Of a stretch of DNA of 64,000 nucleotides, positions 28,001-39,490 are shown in pieces; positions within the stretch are counted from its first letter, which is position 1; every line of letters begins with the position of its first letter. A program made the position numbers and the translations under genes. The notes below the pieces were generated by a model. It was not told the origin of the DNA. It searched no databases and saw only the letters and a list, made by a program, of their open reading frames with translations. The stretch is from Eledone cirrhosa (taxonomy: Eukaryota), in contig OZ024740.1 of assembly GCA_964016885.1 (NCBI GenBank), forward strand, positions 79,980,001 to 80,044,000, given 5' to 3'.

Positions 28001-30906
28001 AACCTCAATACAGGCAACTCATCTAAAAGGGGAGTAGCACCAAATACTGACCAATACAAAGTCGAAGGAGTCACTTTAGTCCCATAACAAGTAACCTATT
28101 GAGTGCTGGTGGCATGATACAATACACCCAGTTCATGCTGTAAAATATTTAGCAAAAGGTAAAGCATTTAACTATAAACATATGTGAAATAAAAAAAATG
28201 ACTGAAGTAAATGGACTTGCTACAAGTAAGATCATAGGTAACCCATACAGGAGAGCAGTAAATCTGAATAACAACTGCTACAGGTTAGAGGGGACTCTAG
28301 TGTTGGTGTAATAATAAAATGCACCCAGTCCACACTGCAATGTTATTGGTGATGAGAGGTTTACATAGCTGAAAAGACTGTGCAAAAAACACAATAACAA
28401 AATTGGTTGGTTGTCTTTTGTTGTGTGTGCTGGATGACTATGGACTTCAATGAGTTGTTAGCTTGTGACCTTTTCAACGTATGCCAGCATGATAAATGGA
28501 TGCAAAATAGTGAAGGTAATGGCAATGACTATATGATTGCATGCGTAATATAAATTGTCAACGATGGTTTCATAAAATCTTTAATTTATAAAAGTTTCTA
28601 TTTTTTGGTTGATCACATTTATTCAGTACATCATTAGTAATGAGATATTAATCTCCATAGAGATTTGCTGTGTTATCGACACCCTATTTCATTCATATAG
28701 TGTTCTATCGATAGTTTTTTGTATTGTTAGTGTCGTTACCATTTTAAATAGTTCATAAACGGCTTTGTACTTTTCCAAAATAGTTGTTATACAATAAAAT
28801 GCATAAAAATAGAAATTTATGAATGTTCTCTTTCAGTTTTATGTATATATTCCCTAGTTGATGCTAAGGTATTTAGAAATTGTGTAAAGAGCATTACATT
28901 AGCTAATTACCACATGACTTAATTACTTTTATATAATTTGCTAATAGCATTATTCTTTAAATGTTATTTTTACTATTGGACAATGGTTCCACAATGGATA
29001 TTACTACCAGCTGCAGAAATTGCTCTGTATATGAGCCAACAAAATACTTTTATGTGGTTGCTTGCCCTACTAGAAATAGCAGCCAGAATATATTGGTATC
29101 ATCATAATAGCATGCTTGGTTCAGAGCATAATTTCTCTCACAGTAGCATGATACCATCTTTGATCTGCAATTCAAGTGTGTAGGTAATAGAGTAAATCTG
29201 GTTGGTTATCATTATTTTCCACCTTCACATGAAGAATTTGATTTCAGAATGCAAAGGGCTGGAACAGATTATGCAAAGCAACTCACCTAACACTATAACA
29301 GTTCTACCGATCCACAACCGCTGGACTGGTACTCTATTTATAAAAAAGGGAAGGGGGTGCAAATTTGAATCACAGAGTGCAGAGAGCCAGAACAAATATT
29401 TTAAAGCCTTAACAATTTACTAATTCACTATGTTCATTATATAGCATAATGTCAGCTTAAAATATAGCCTTAGCTGCACTCTGTCTGAAAACCTAAAACA
29501 AAAGCTAAATGACTGCAGCTGGCCAGAAAGTGTTTGGTTGTAGGTTTGCTCAATCAAAGCTGATTTGAAACTAAACATCAATGTCATAAGCTAATGAAGG
29601 AGACTTGTCACTGTTGTTTGGTCTGCTATGAATAGGCAAATCGCTCTGCTATTACAGCTTGCTCTAGCCATTCAAAAAATGGAAAAAAAAACATTAGATA
29701 ATGTATCCCTATGTACACCATTCTTGAAAAAATAAAGACAGGGTGGTCATTGCTGAAATGCTTTCGATGATATGTCTCCTGGATCAGAGCTGACTTGGGC
29801 TAAACATCAACAGCATGGCTTTATGTGACAAAGTAATCAAACTACATTACTAGGATGATGGCTAAAAGGTAAATTTCTGTTTCATACACAGTATTCCTGT
29901 GTTTAATTAATTCAGCAATACCTTGATGTTTTCAATTTTAAATCTTCATTAGGATTAGGGTTCTTGATACTTTTGCTGAAGTTCATCATCATCATCATCA
30001 TTTAATGTTCATTTTCCCTGCTTGCTAAGATTGGAGAGGCCATTAGAGACCAAGTGAGTACTTATGTAGAGTTACTAACCTATTATATAGGCTGGAGGTC
30101 TGCATCTTACATACATTATCACTCTCTATAGAGTGCACTGGATGTATTTTACCTTGGCACCAAGAAGTTGTTGTACTACTGATACACCTGAAGAGTTTGC
30201 TTGGTTTTTTAATTTTTTTAATTGTAGTTGTAGCTGTTATTTAGACCCAGTCAGTTTTTATACAGCAGATCTATGATCAAACATAGTAACATAGTATAGC
30301 AAACAAAATCAGAATAGTGTGGAAAACGTCCAGGAAGGTATTATCTCTGCTGGTCACAAATGGGGGGGGGGGGGTGTCTTCTGTATTACCGCGTGACGCC
30401 CGAAGTCACGGTCGTATGTCATCGCCTTTGAGAGGTGTAATTGGGTAAGGTCGGCTTTTATCACATCATCCCAGGTCTTCTTGGGTCTCCCCACTCTGCG
30501 GTTTCCATCGACTTCTAGTGCTTTGCACCTTTTTATGCAGCTTCATCCTTCATACCCATCACATGTCCATACCAACGCAACCACCTCTCTCTCTATATAT
30601 ATATCAGTTATGATGACGAGTGTTTTGGTTGATTTGATCAACAGAACAGCCTGCTCAAGAAATTATGCAAGTGGCTGAGCATTCTACAAGCATGTGTACT
30701 CTTAACATCGTTCTCAAAGTGATTCATTAGAATGTGATGAGGTTGGCCCTTCCAATTGAAGATACAACTTATTTTTGCCAGCTGAGTAGATTGGAGCAAC
30801 ACAAAATAAAGTGTCTTGCTCAAGGACACAACACACCACCCAGAATTGAACTCACAATTACATGTTGGTGAGTCAAAAACCTTATCCACTAGGCCATGCA
30901 CCTTCA

Positions 30907-31880
30907 CTTATTTATTTAATAATAATGATAATGAAAATATTGTGTACAGTGCTCAGGTGCACTACAACTCATCAAAAGTGTATGTATAGTACATAGGGTA
31001 ATGTACAAACGTCAGGAAAATGAACAGTGCATGAGTCATGATATACACATGTGTGCATATGTATGGAAGGAGGACATTAGGTGTAGTTTTGGCGAATTTC
31101 GGGAAGCATGAGGGTTTTAAAGGATGCAGTGTCTTGGCAGCTAACAACTGACGCAGGCAGTTTGTTCCATGCTTCAGCAACTCTAAGCGTGAAAAAATGT
31201 TTCTGAAAGTCATGGGAGCTGTGCTGTTTTCTGACTTTGTAGGCATGTCCACGTGTGTTAGATACATGGAGATCAAAAAGGTACTCAGGGTTGTTGTTGG
31301 AGAGATGGTTAATAACTTTGTGGGTGTTTACCAAGTCCATTGCCAGACGTCGGAGCTGCAATGAATCCATGCCCAGGGAAGCAAGGCATTCAGAGTATGG
31401 TAGGTGTCTGATGGAGGGTATGCGCGTGGTTGTACGTCTCTGAACAGTTTCCAGGAGGTCAATGTTCTGAGCAAGATAGGGGTTCCAGACTGATGATGCG
31501 AATTCCAAGTGTGGTCGTACCATAGCTGTATACAGCTTTAAATAGATAGCTGGAGAGCGGCTAACAAAGGTCTTGTTGAGTAATGCCAAGACACCCTCGG
31601 CCTTCTTGACAATTTTAGAGATGTGCATTGTCCAACGCAAATCGCTGCTGACAGTAATGCCCAGGTCACGTTCACAAGAGGACTGCTTGATATCAGTGTT
31701 GTGGAGGGAGTATGTGGACGCTGGATTTTTCCTCCCAAAATGCATGGTGGTACACTTGTCCACAGCCAGCTTCAGTTGCCAGTCTGTGATCCATTGCTGC
31801 ATTGTATCCAGGTCAGATTGTAGGAAAGAGTTATAGATTCAGGATCTGTCCTTTTGATTTCAAGATACAGCTTTATATCT
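30907..31880 (-). mobile_element. 5'-truncated CR1-like LINE (RT C-terminus and 3' UTR)
   Basis: ORF 31077-31802 has ERDLGITVSSDL, LYTAMVRPHLEFASSVWNPY, LETVQRR, NTRGH and FFTLRVAEAWNKLP. An (ATT)-rich tail follows. Confidence 0.92.
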
Positions 31881-32339
31881 AAACTGGAGATAATCAGCAC
31901 ATTTATTCTTAACAATTAAATTCAATAGGAGAGAAATCTTGGTGTTTTTAAATCCTCTTAAAGTAACACAGTGTGTAAGTTACAACTATTTACAATACAG
32001 GCAATGAAGAACCATTGTTCAAAGATCATATGTTGCTAGTATTCCTTTAAGATAAATACTAAAACAGAAAAATAATATCCTAGAACATTGTTTTATAAAG
32101 AACTTGATTTCAAGATTTCTAATAGAAAGATTTAACTGGTCTCATTTACGATTTAATTTTTATTTTATTTTATGGTTTAACCAGAAAATGGACACTTCAT
32201 TTTATAAAGCTGTTTGGGAGGAGGAAATCATGACTCATAGCTAATACTTATATCACACATCTCGTGTAAATGTTTACAAAGGAGCAGTTATGGTAAAAGT
32301 GCCTAAGAGCTAAGTGGTGCTGTGATATTTGGTAGCAGA

Positions 32340-32785
32340 TTAACCCCTTTGATATCAGCCCTCCATAAATTGCCCCTGGTTGTATGAAACAAAACCACCC
32401 ATTTCAGTCTTCCTATTTAAATTAAAATCATCCAATATTATTTTATAATTATGTTAAAAATATAATCTTAATGAAATAATTAATAATTTTCGTAAATCAT
32501 TCCAAATTCTCCATTAATTAACTTAACCGCTTCATGAACATATTTCTAATGAAATACACTGTTTCAATTATGACTGAAGAATTTTGATGGATTTCTTAAA
32601 ATTATTAATTATTTCATTACTAAGATGTAAGGTTCTTATATAAAATTATGATCGAAGATATCAATTTAAATTGGAAATCTTTGAAAGGGTGACTTTATTT
32701 CATAGAACCATAGCCAGTTTAGGCCGGGTTGGTAACAAAAGGGTTAATGTTTATTTCATTATAAATATGGCAATGAAAGGGTTAA
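32340..32785. mobile_element. Nested piggyBac-like MITEs, family 2 (inner copy at 32523-32747 in reverse)
   Basis: Outer ends ttaacccc...aaagggttaa, inner ends ttaaccgc...aaagggttaa. Four TTAA junctions. Confidence 0.82.
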
Positions 32786-33885
32786 GACTAGTCACTTAAG
32801 AAAAATTAATTACAGCCATACACCCAATGAGCTTCTATTATTCAATTTCCCTCATGTCCATTAGCTGAAGAGTTAAGGTTTTTTTAAAGCTAGCTTTAGA
32901 TCTTAGTATCTTTATTCATTTGAATATAGTAATTTTATGTCTCCTTAGGTAGGTACATTTACTACTTACCCTTAATTATCATCTCAGAATAATTTGTTTT
33001 ATTTCATAAATTCACTTACTCTAACAAACATACATTTTTGTGTGTCTACATAGTTATTGGAGCAACAATATTTTGGCAGTTATGCAGAAAATGCATTTCT
33101 ACTGAAAATATCTAAAATGGAGGAAATGTCTGAAGTTGTCTCCCATACTTGTTGAAGTAACTGTAGTGATCCTCACTCATTTGTGTTTAAGAAATATTTG
33201 TATTCTCATCTTTTGTATTGAGCAAGATAAGTAACTTCTTAGAGGCTCTCTAATGTAAGCTGGTAAAGAAGAGCTTATTAACTTGGCTCAAGGCATTCTG
33301 ACAATTTATTTATACATTAACTCTATATGTAAAGAACAACAACAAAAAAAATGAAGCACTGCCACATTGCTAAAGACTTGGCTTGTTTCCATTTCATTTA
33401 GGTCTTATTTCAGTGAACTAAAGAAGATATTGTTAGAGATATCATCTGTTTTAACCAGAGAAAGAAAGAGAGGAGGATACTGAAATATTGTAATTTGTCA
33501 GAGAATTACCTTTTTCAGCCTGGGAAATTGGAGATGCTTTGGGGATCTGTGCCACTGATAACAAACATTTTGTCATCATTGGTGGATTGTCGTACAGAAA
33601 TATCAGAGGGTGCTCAACTGTTTTATCACTTCAGCCTCTCTATCACCTATGGTAATGCATTGAGTATTCTCAGTTGCCTCAAAAATAGTCACATTGTCAT
33701 TTCCTGCTGTAGTCGAAGGAATGTGCATGTCCTTTCTTTTTTTTCCTTTCTGATTTTATTTTATTTTATTTTATTTTCATTCACTTGATTTGTCTTATAA
33801 ACGTTACATAATTTAATCAGAAAACATTAATTATTATTTTGAAGTCGACAATATATTCTATAATAAGTTTTGTATTTTCTTTCAG

Positions 33886-33991
33886 GTCCTGGTGGTAGTT
33901 TGTCAGGTGATTCCTACTATCCACGCGTTTTACTTCTCATGCATAAATGGTTTATACCATCTCAGGAACTGGCAGAACATCTTGTAGAATT
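33886..33991 (+). CDS. RASGRP: RasGRP-like exon, REM domain
   Basis: Acceptor ttttctttcag. Encodes (C)PGGSLSGDSYYPRVLLLMHKWFIPSQELAEHLVE(L) and is followed by the U12 donor GTATCCTTT. Confidence 0.92.
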
Positions 33992-34215
33992 GTATCCTTT
34001 GACATTTTTATAAAACTTTAAATCTTTTCAATAATTACTTCCATGTTTTATATAGAACCCTTGTATATATTTTATATAGAATTAAACATTTTTTTTTTTA
34101 TATAACCCTTGTATTTAAATTGTTCATAAATCTTTATAGATTTATCATTTTGGTATTTCTGTTTTAGTATTCCTCACTGTATATTTTTTACTGTATATTC
34201 TCTGAAGTTCCCTCA

Positions 34216-35594
34216 GTGTATCCCCTGTACTTTCCACAATATATCCCCTGTACTTCCCACAATATATCCCCTGTACTTTCCACAATATATCCCCTGTACT
34301 TCCCACAATATATCCCCTGTACTTCCCACAATATATCCCCTGTACTTCCTACAATATATCCCTTGTACTTTCCACAGTGTATCCTCTGTACTTTCCACAG
34401 TGTATCCTCTGTACTTTCCACAATATATCCCTTGTACTTTCCACAGTGTATCCCCTGTACTTTCAACAGTGTATCCCCTGTACTTTCAACAGTGTATCCC
34501 CTGTACTTTCAAGAGTGTATCCTCTGTATTTTCCACAGTGTATCCTCTGTACTTTCCACAGTGTATCTTCTGTACTTTCCACAATATATCCCTTGTACTT
34601 TCCACAGTGTATCCCCTGTACTTTCCACAGTGTATCCTCTGTACTTTCCACAGTGTATCCTCTGTACTTTCCACAGTGTATCCTCTGTACTTTCCACAGT
34701 GTATCCTCTGTACTTTCCACAGTGTATCCTCTGTACTTTCCACAGTATATCCTCTGTACTTTCCACAGTATATCCTCTGTACTTTCCACAGTGTATCCTC
34801 TGTACTTTCCACAGTGTATCCTCTGTACTTTCCACAGTGTATCCTCTGTACTTTCCACAGTATATCCTCTGTACTTTCCACAGTATATCCTCTGTACTTT
34901 CCACAGTGTATCCTCTGTACTTTCCACAGTGTATCCTCTGTACTTTCCACAGTGTATCCTCTGTACTTTCCACAGTATATCCTCTGTACTTTCCACAGTA
35001 TATCCTCTGTACTTTCCACAGTGTATCCTCTGTACTTTCCACAGTGTATCCTCTGTACTTTCCACAGTATATCCTCTGTACTTTCCACAGTATATCCTCT
35101 GTACTTTCCACAGTGTATCCTCTGTACTTTCCACAGTGTATCCTCTGTACTTTCCACAGTGTATCCTCTGTACTTTCCACAGTGTATCTTCTGTACTTTC
35201 CACAATATATCCCTTGTACTTTCCACAGTGTATCCCCTGTACTTTCCACAGTGTATCCTCTGTACTTTCCACAGTGTATCCTCTGTACTTTCCACAGTGT
35301 ATCCTCTGTACTTTCCACAGTGTATCTTCTGTACTTTCCACAATATATCCCTTGTACTTTCCACAGTGTATCCCCTGTACTTTCCACAGTGTATCCCCTG
35401 TACTTTCCACAGTGTATCCTCTGTACTTTCCACAGTGTATCCTCTGTACTTTCCACAGTATATCCTCTGTACTTTCCACAGTATATCCTCTGTACTTTCC
35501 ACAGTGTATCCTCTGTACTTTCCACAGTGTATCCTCTGTACTTTCCACAGTATATCCTCTGTACTTTCCACAGTATATCCTCTGCACTTTGCAC
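34216..35594 (+). repeat. 23-bp minisatellite, about 60 copies, consensus gtRtatcctctgtactttccaca
   Basis: Read directly from the sequence. It explains the stop-free ORFs in all six frames. Confidence 0.98.
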
Positions 35595-36000
35595 TGTGTT
35601 TTTATATATTTCATTTCATTAATGTACCTCACATCATCTATTTCATTTACATCATCATCATCATTAGGTATTGCCTGCTCTCAGTACATTTACTACCATC
35701 TCAGTCCTTTTTGTGCTGTCAATAGCTGTTCCCTGTATTTTTAATCTGTCCAATACTTGATATTATCCAATCACATAATTCTTGGTTTTCCTCTTCTCTC
35801 TTCCCAACCATTTTGCTTTCTATTAATACTCTCTGTAAACCATTTTATTTTAATTAAATGTCTATGAACAATACACAGCTAAAACCCTCAAACTGCCAAC
35901 AATTTAAAAGCTCACAATCTTTGACTTTTTATAGTGATCATTATATATATATATATATATATATATAGGAATGAGTAGGACCCCGACGGCTGAGCTCAAG

Positions 36001-36062
36001 CCGTTTCGACGGCTAATTCTGGACTAAAATTGATATTAGTCCAGAATTAGGCGTCAAAACGG
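36001..36062. repeat. 27-bp-arm hairpin in a GC-richer island between (TA)n tracts
   Basis: ccgtttcgacggctaattctggactaa pairs with ttagtccagaattaggcgtcaaaacgg. The arms end in GAAACGG-like tails that read outward. Confidence 0.75.
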
Positions 36063-36333
36063 TACCCACTCTACTACCCTAAGTATTGAGTACTTTGGTG
36101 CGTTATGGTCCATCTGGTTCCTTACCACATTTCCTTCGTTATATATATATATATGTATATATATATGAAAGAAATCGGATTTCGCTTCAAGCATAGCTTT
36201 ATACAATATGTATAAATATTTTGTATCTCCAAAGAATCATATGCAAATGAGATTAATCACCTCATTTACATAGATGAGAAAAGTATATATTCTCAACTGT
36301 CTTCTAGTCTAGCAGTCGCAAGCTGTGTGAGGG

Positions 36334-36377
36334 ACCGTCCTGACGAAGGCCAGTTAAGTCTGAAATGCATAGACGGT
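36334..36377 (+). ncRNA. Minimal type I hammerhead ribozyme (Penelope-like), intact core
   Basis: ACCGUC-CUGACGA-AGGC(CAGUUAA)GUCU-GAAA-UGCA-UA/GACGGU. It has a 6-bp stem I, a 4-bp stem II and a palindromic stem III (AUGCAU). Predicted cut after 36371. Confidence 0.85.
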
Positions 36378-36477
36378 TGTCCCCCTTGCTTCTGCTGGAC
36401 ATCACCGGAGGGCGTTAGCCCCCCGGTGTTTGCATAGCTACGGCTTCCTAAAACTGTATTTCTTTGGAGATACGAAA

Positions 36478-36512
<35 letters not shown>

Positions 36513-36559
36513 CTCATTTGCTATTGAAACAATAAAAGCTTAACTGTAGGTCATATACT

Positions 36560-36610
<51 letters not shown>

Positions 36611-36839
36611 TGTAGTTAATATGAAGTACTGTGAAGGCTTAGTGGTTAGAGAGTTGTATTTGCAATTGTGAAGTTGCGAGTTCAATTCTCGGACCAGGTG
36701 ATATGTTGTTCTTCTGCCAGGATTTGCAACCTGTAGATAGTATCAGCAATGGAAAAATTGTTTCCTTGGTCCGACCCCACTCGACAAGAGAATGAGGTAT
36801 GGGATCTTGTCGATCGATCAGAGAGAACTGTGAGACATG

Positions 36840-37620
36840 TAATAATTTTTAAAAGCAGTAGAAAAATAGGAAGGGCAAATGATAACAAATGAAACAAAAC
36901 AAAGTAATGTTTTATCCAGTGTATTTTAGCATGATATTTCAGGGATTTTATCCTCTTTTCCGAAGCAAAGCTGAAATAGTCCAAAACAAAACAAGCGATT
37001 GAAGTTTTCTTCCTTGACTGGTCTGTGTCTGCAAAACACATGCGCGAGGTCACTTCAGTAACTATTTGGCTGCATGCATTTCTGACTTATTATTTATCCC
37101 TAGTTTTATTTGGCTGATGCTAATGGCCCCTTTCATCCTTAAATTGCTTATATTCTTCTCTGTCGCCTCTATGGTGGCCTCATTGTATTGGCTGCGACAT
37201 CTATCAAGATGTTTTTTAATGGAAGAGGCTCTCATTGTCATATGTTCCTTGATCCTTATGTGTAGCCTCCTTATTGTAATTCCAATGTATGAGGGGCTAC
37301 ATTTTTTTAATGTGATCTTATAGACCACATATGCTCCTATGTGTTTAGATATCACTATGTGGGTTGGTGTCTGTAGAGCAGTCCCCTCAATGAGGGTCCT
37401 GAGCATGTCAACTGTATATTCAAATCCTCTGTACAGATGGCAGCTGTTGTCTTCTTATTGTTTTGTCTTGGACTATTTCAGCTTCATATCTGAGAAGTGG
37501 GTAATGGCTCTGAAATATCATGCTAAAATACACTGGGTAAAACTATACTTTGTTTTGTTTATTTGTCATCATTTAATCTTCTTATTTTTCCACATTGTAC
37601 CGGCTTTTAACAATTATCAG
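36840..37620 (-). mobile_element. 5'-truncated Penelope-like element: GIY-YIG endonuclease remnant between inverted terminal repeats
   Basis: ORF 37062-37406 (-) contains VVYKITLKKCSPSYIGITIRRLHIRIKEH...IKKHLDRC...INNKSE, the Penelope GIY-YIG pattern. 36840-36995 is the reverse complement of 37456-37620. Confidence 0.88.
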
Positions 37621-38025
37621 TGTTTTACTATATATATATATATGACTGAACACGGAAAATAACTGTGAACACAGTCAATTGCTATAAATAATAGGTTAGC
37701 AAATCAGGTAAAATACGCCTATAGACAGAAAAAAGTCTTCATCTGTTAGCCTCCTTTATACAATTGCTATCGGAGGTGTATATCTCCTTGGTAATATTTT
37801 ATCCATCAGAACAGGCAACCTGATGTATGAGCTGTCTACAAAAAAGCATCAGTATTGAAGTTTTTGAATATTCACTTTAGTTGGGACTTTCTCTTGCAAT
37901 TCTCTGTACATACATTTCTTTGGTAGTTGACCACTTTTTGAACTTGGAGTTGATCCTACTCCAAAAGCAATTTAAACTGTTGAGAACATTTTTATAGGAA
38001 TTAATTTTAATGTAAATATTCCTTG

Positions 38026-38319
38026 GTGAAGGCATATGGTTTAGTCGTTAGAGAGTTGGATTCATAATTGTGAGGTTGTAAGTTCAATTCCTGAACTGGG
38101 TGATGTTTGTTCTTGAGCAAGACACTTTACTTCACATTTTTCCAGTTCATTCAGCTGTAGAAATGTGTTGTGACATCACTGTTTGCCAAGCTGTATTGGC
38201 CTTTGCCTCTCCATTGGGCATCATCGGTGATGTGAAAAGAGATACTGACATGCATAGGTGACTGGTGGTCTTCCACAAAATACTTTGTCTGGGCTTCTCC
38301 CTGAGAGGTCTTTACCCTT
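38026..38319 (+). mobile_element. tRNA-head SINE family B with 13-bp TSD taaatattccttg
   Basis: Head gtgaaggcatatggtttag...gttcaattcc and body ttgagcaagacacttta. TSD at 38013-38025 and 38320-38332. Other copies near 16-140, 6880-7000, 24620-24760, 25815-26100, 26700-26925, 30640-30906, 36630-36720, 44310-44450, 50365-50470 and 61740-61990. Confidence 0.9.
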
Positions 38320-38347
38320 TAAATATTCCTTGACTTAAGTCACTTAG

Positions 38348-38461
38348 ATATCTTGGTGTAGAAGATACAATTACCTGTGAAACTGTTAAGTGTTCACACA
38401 CCCCACAGGAACAAGATTGTTCTTTACAGGTTTACAAGGCTAAAATATGCCATGTTTTCAG
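38348..38461 (+). CDS. RASGRP: RasGRP-like exon, REM domain with Cys/His-rich segment
   Basis: 114 nt in phase 2-2 encoding YLGVEDTITCETVKCSHTPQEQDCSLQVYKAKICHVF(R). Donor gtaagt at 38462. Confidence 0.9.
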
Positions 38462-38919
38462 GTAAGTGGTTCTTACATATTTCTGAGAAACATACACACA
38501 TATCTGACAAACCCTGTAAGGTGGTCATGCTGGTGATACAACAAAAAGCCCCCAGTCCCCCCTGTAAGGTGGTCATGCTGGTGATACAACAAAAAACCCC
38601 AGTATACCCTGTAAGGTGGTTGTGCTGGTGATATGACAGTTTCCATTCCACCCTGTTAACTGATCATTTTGGTGCCACGATAAAAAGCCACCAGCCAACA
38701 CTGTAATGTGATTTCTGTTAGGAAGGGCATCCAACTGTAGCAACCAAGCCAAAATACAGATCGTACGAGCAAGGCATGGTCACCTGACCTGACTTGCTTC
38801 TTATTGGGACAACCTGTCTAACCTATGAAAGCGTGGAAATTGAATGTGAAATGATGATGATGATGAAAATGTTATGTATATTTCATTCATTATTATTATT
38901 GTATATATATATACAATAA

Positions 38920-39390
38920 TAAGGCCGGTTATATGATGCCTGTGTGAGGTGTGTGATGCTGCATGGTAGTGAGACATGGGCAGCAACTGCAGAGGATAAG
39001 CGATGGCTTGAGAGAAATAAAGCAAGCATGCTCCGTTGGATGTGCAATGTCAATGTACGTGAACGACCAAGCATGGATGTGTTGAGAAACTGTGTTTAAG
39101 AGGGATAGGTTATAGTGTGCGGGAGAGAATACTGCAATGGTATGGACATGTGATGTGCATGGAGGATGACCGCTGGGTAAAGAAGTACCAAGAAATGCCA
39201 GTAGAAGGAAGACGCAGTAGAAGAAGACCACAAAAAACATGGGCGGAGGTGGTGACAGCAGACCTCAGATTGCTGAAGCTCACGGAGGAGATGATGAAGG
39301 ACTGTGACAAGTGGAGAGATGCTGTGCTGAATAGGACCTGTCCCACCCTTGCAAGCAAGGGAAAGCGGACGTAAAATGATGATGATGATA
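38920..39390 (+). mobile_element. RTE LINE 3' fragment
   Basis: RLYDACV..MLHGSETW, WYGHVM, GRRSRRRPQKTW and a (TGA)n tail. Confidence 0.88.
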
Positions 39391-39490
39391 GTAATAATAA
39401 TAGTAATAATAATAAACATGAAGACTAAAATCCGAAGAGGGCTCGATAAGGATAATATATATATCAAATATATAAAAACTATAGAGCAAA

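Larger units (their letters stand above)
33992..38347 (+). other. U12-type (minor spliceosome) GT-AG intron, 4356 nt, phase 2
   Basis: 5' site GTATCCTTT at 33992-34000. Branch site TTCCTTGAC at 38326-38334, with the branch A 14 nt before the end of the AG (38347). No polypyrimidine tract. Splicing restores the REM reading frame. Confidence 0.93.

Noticed and set aside
34188-35744. 360-470 aa ORFs in all six frames
   Set aside because: They arise because the 23-bp unit has no stop codon in any frame. The region is intronic and the peptides are purely periodic.
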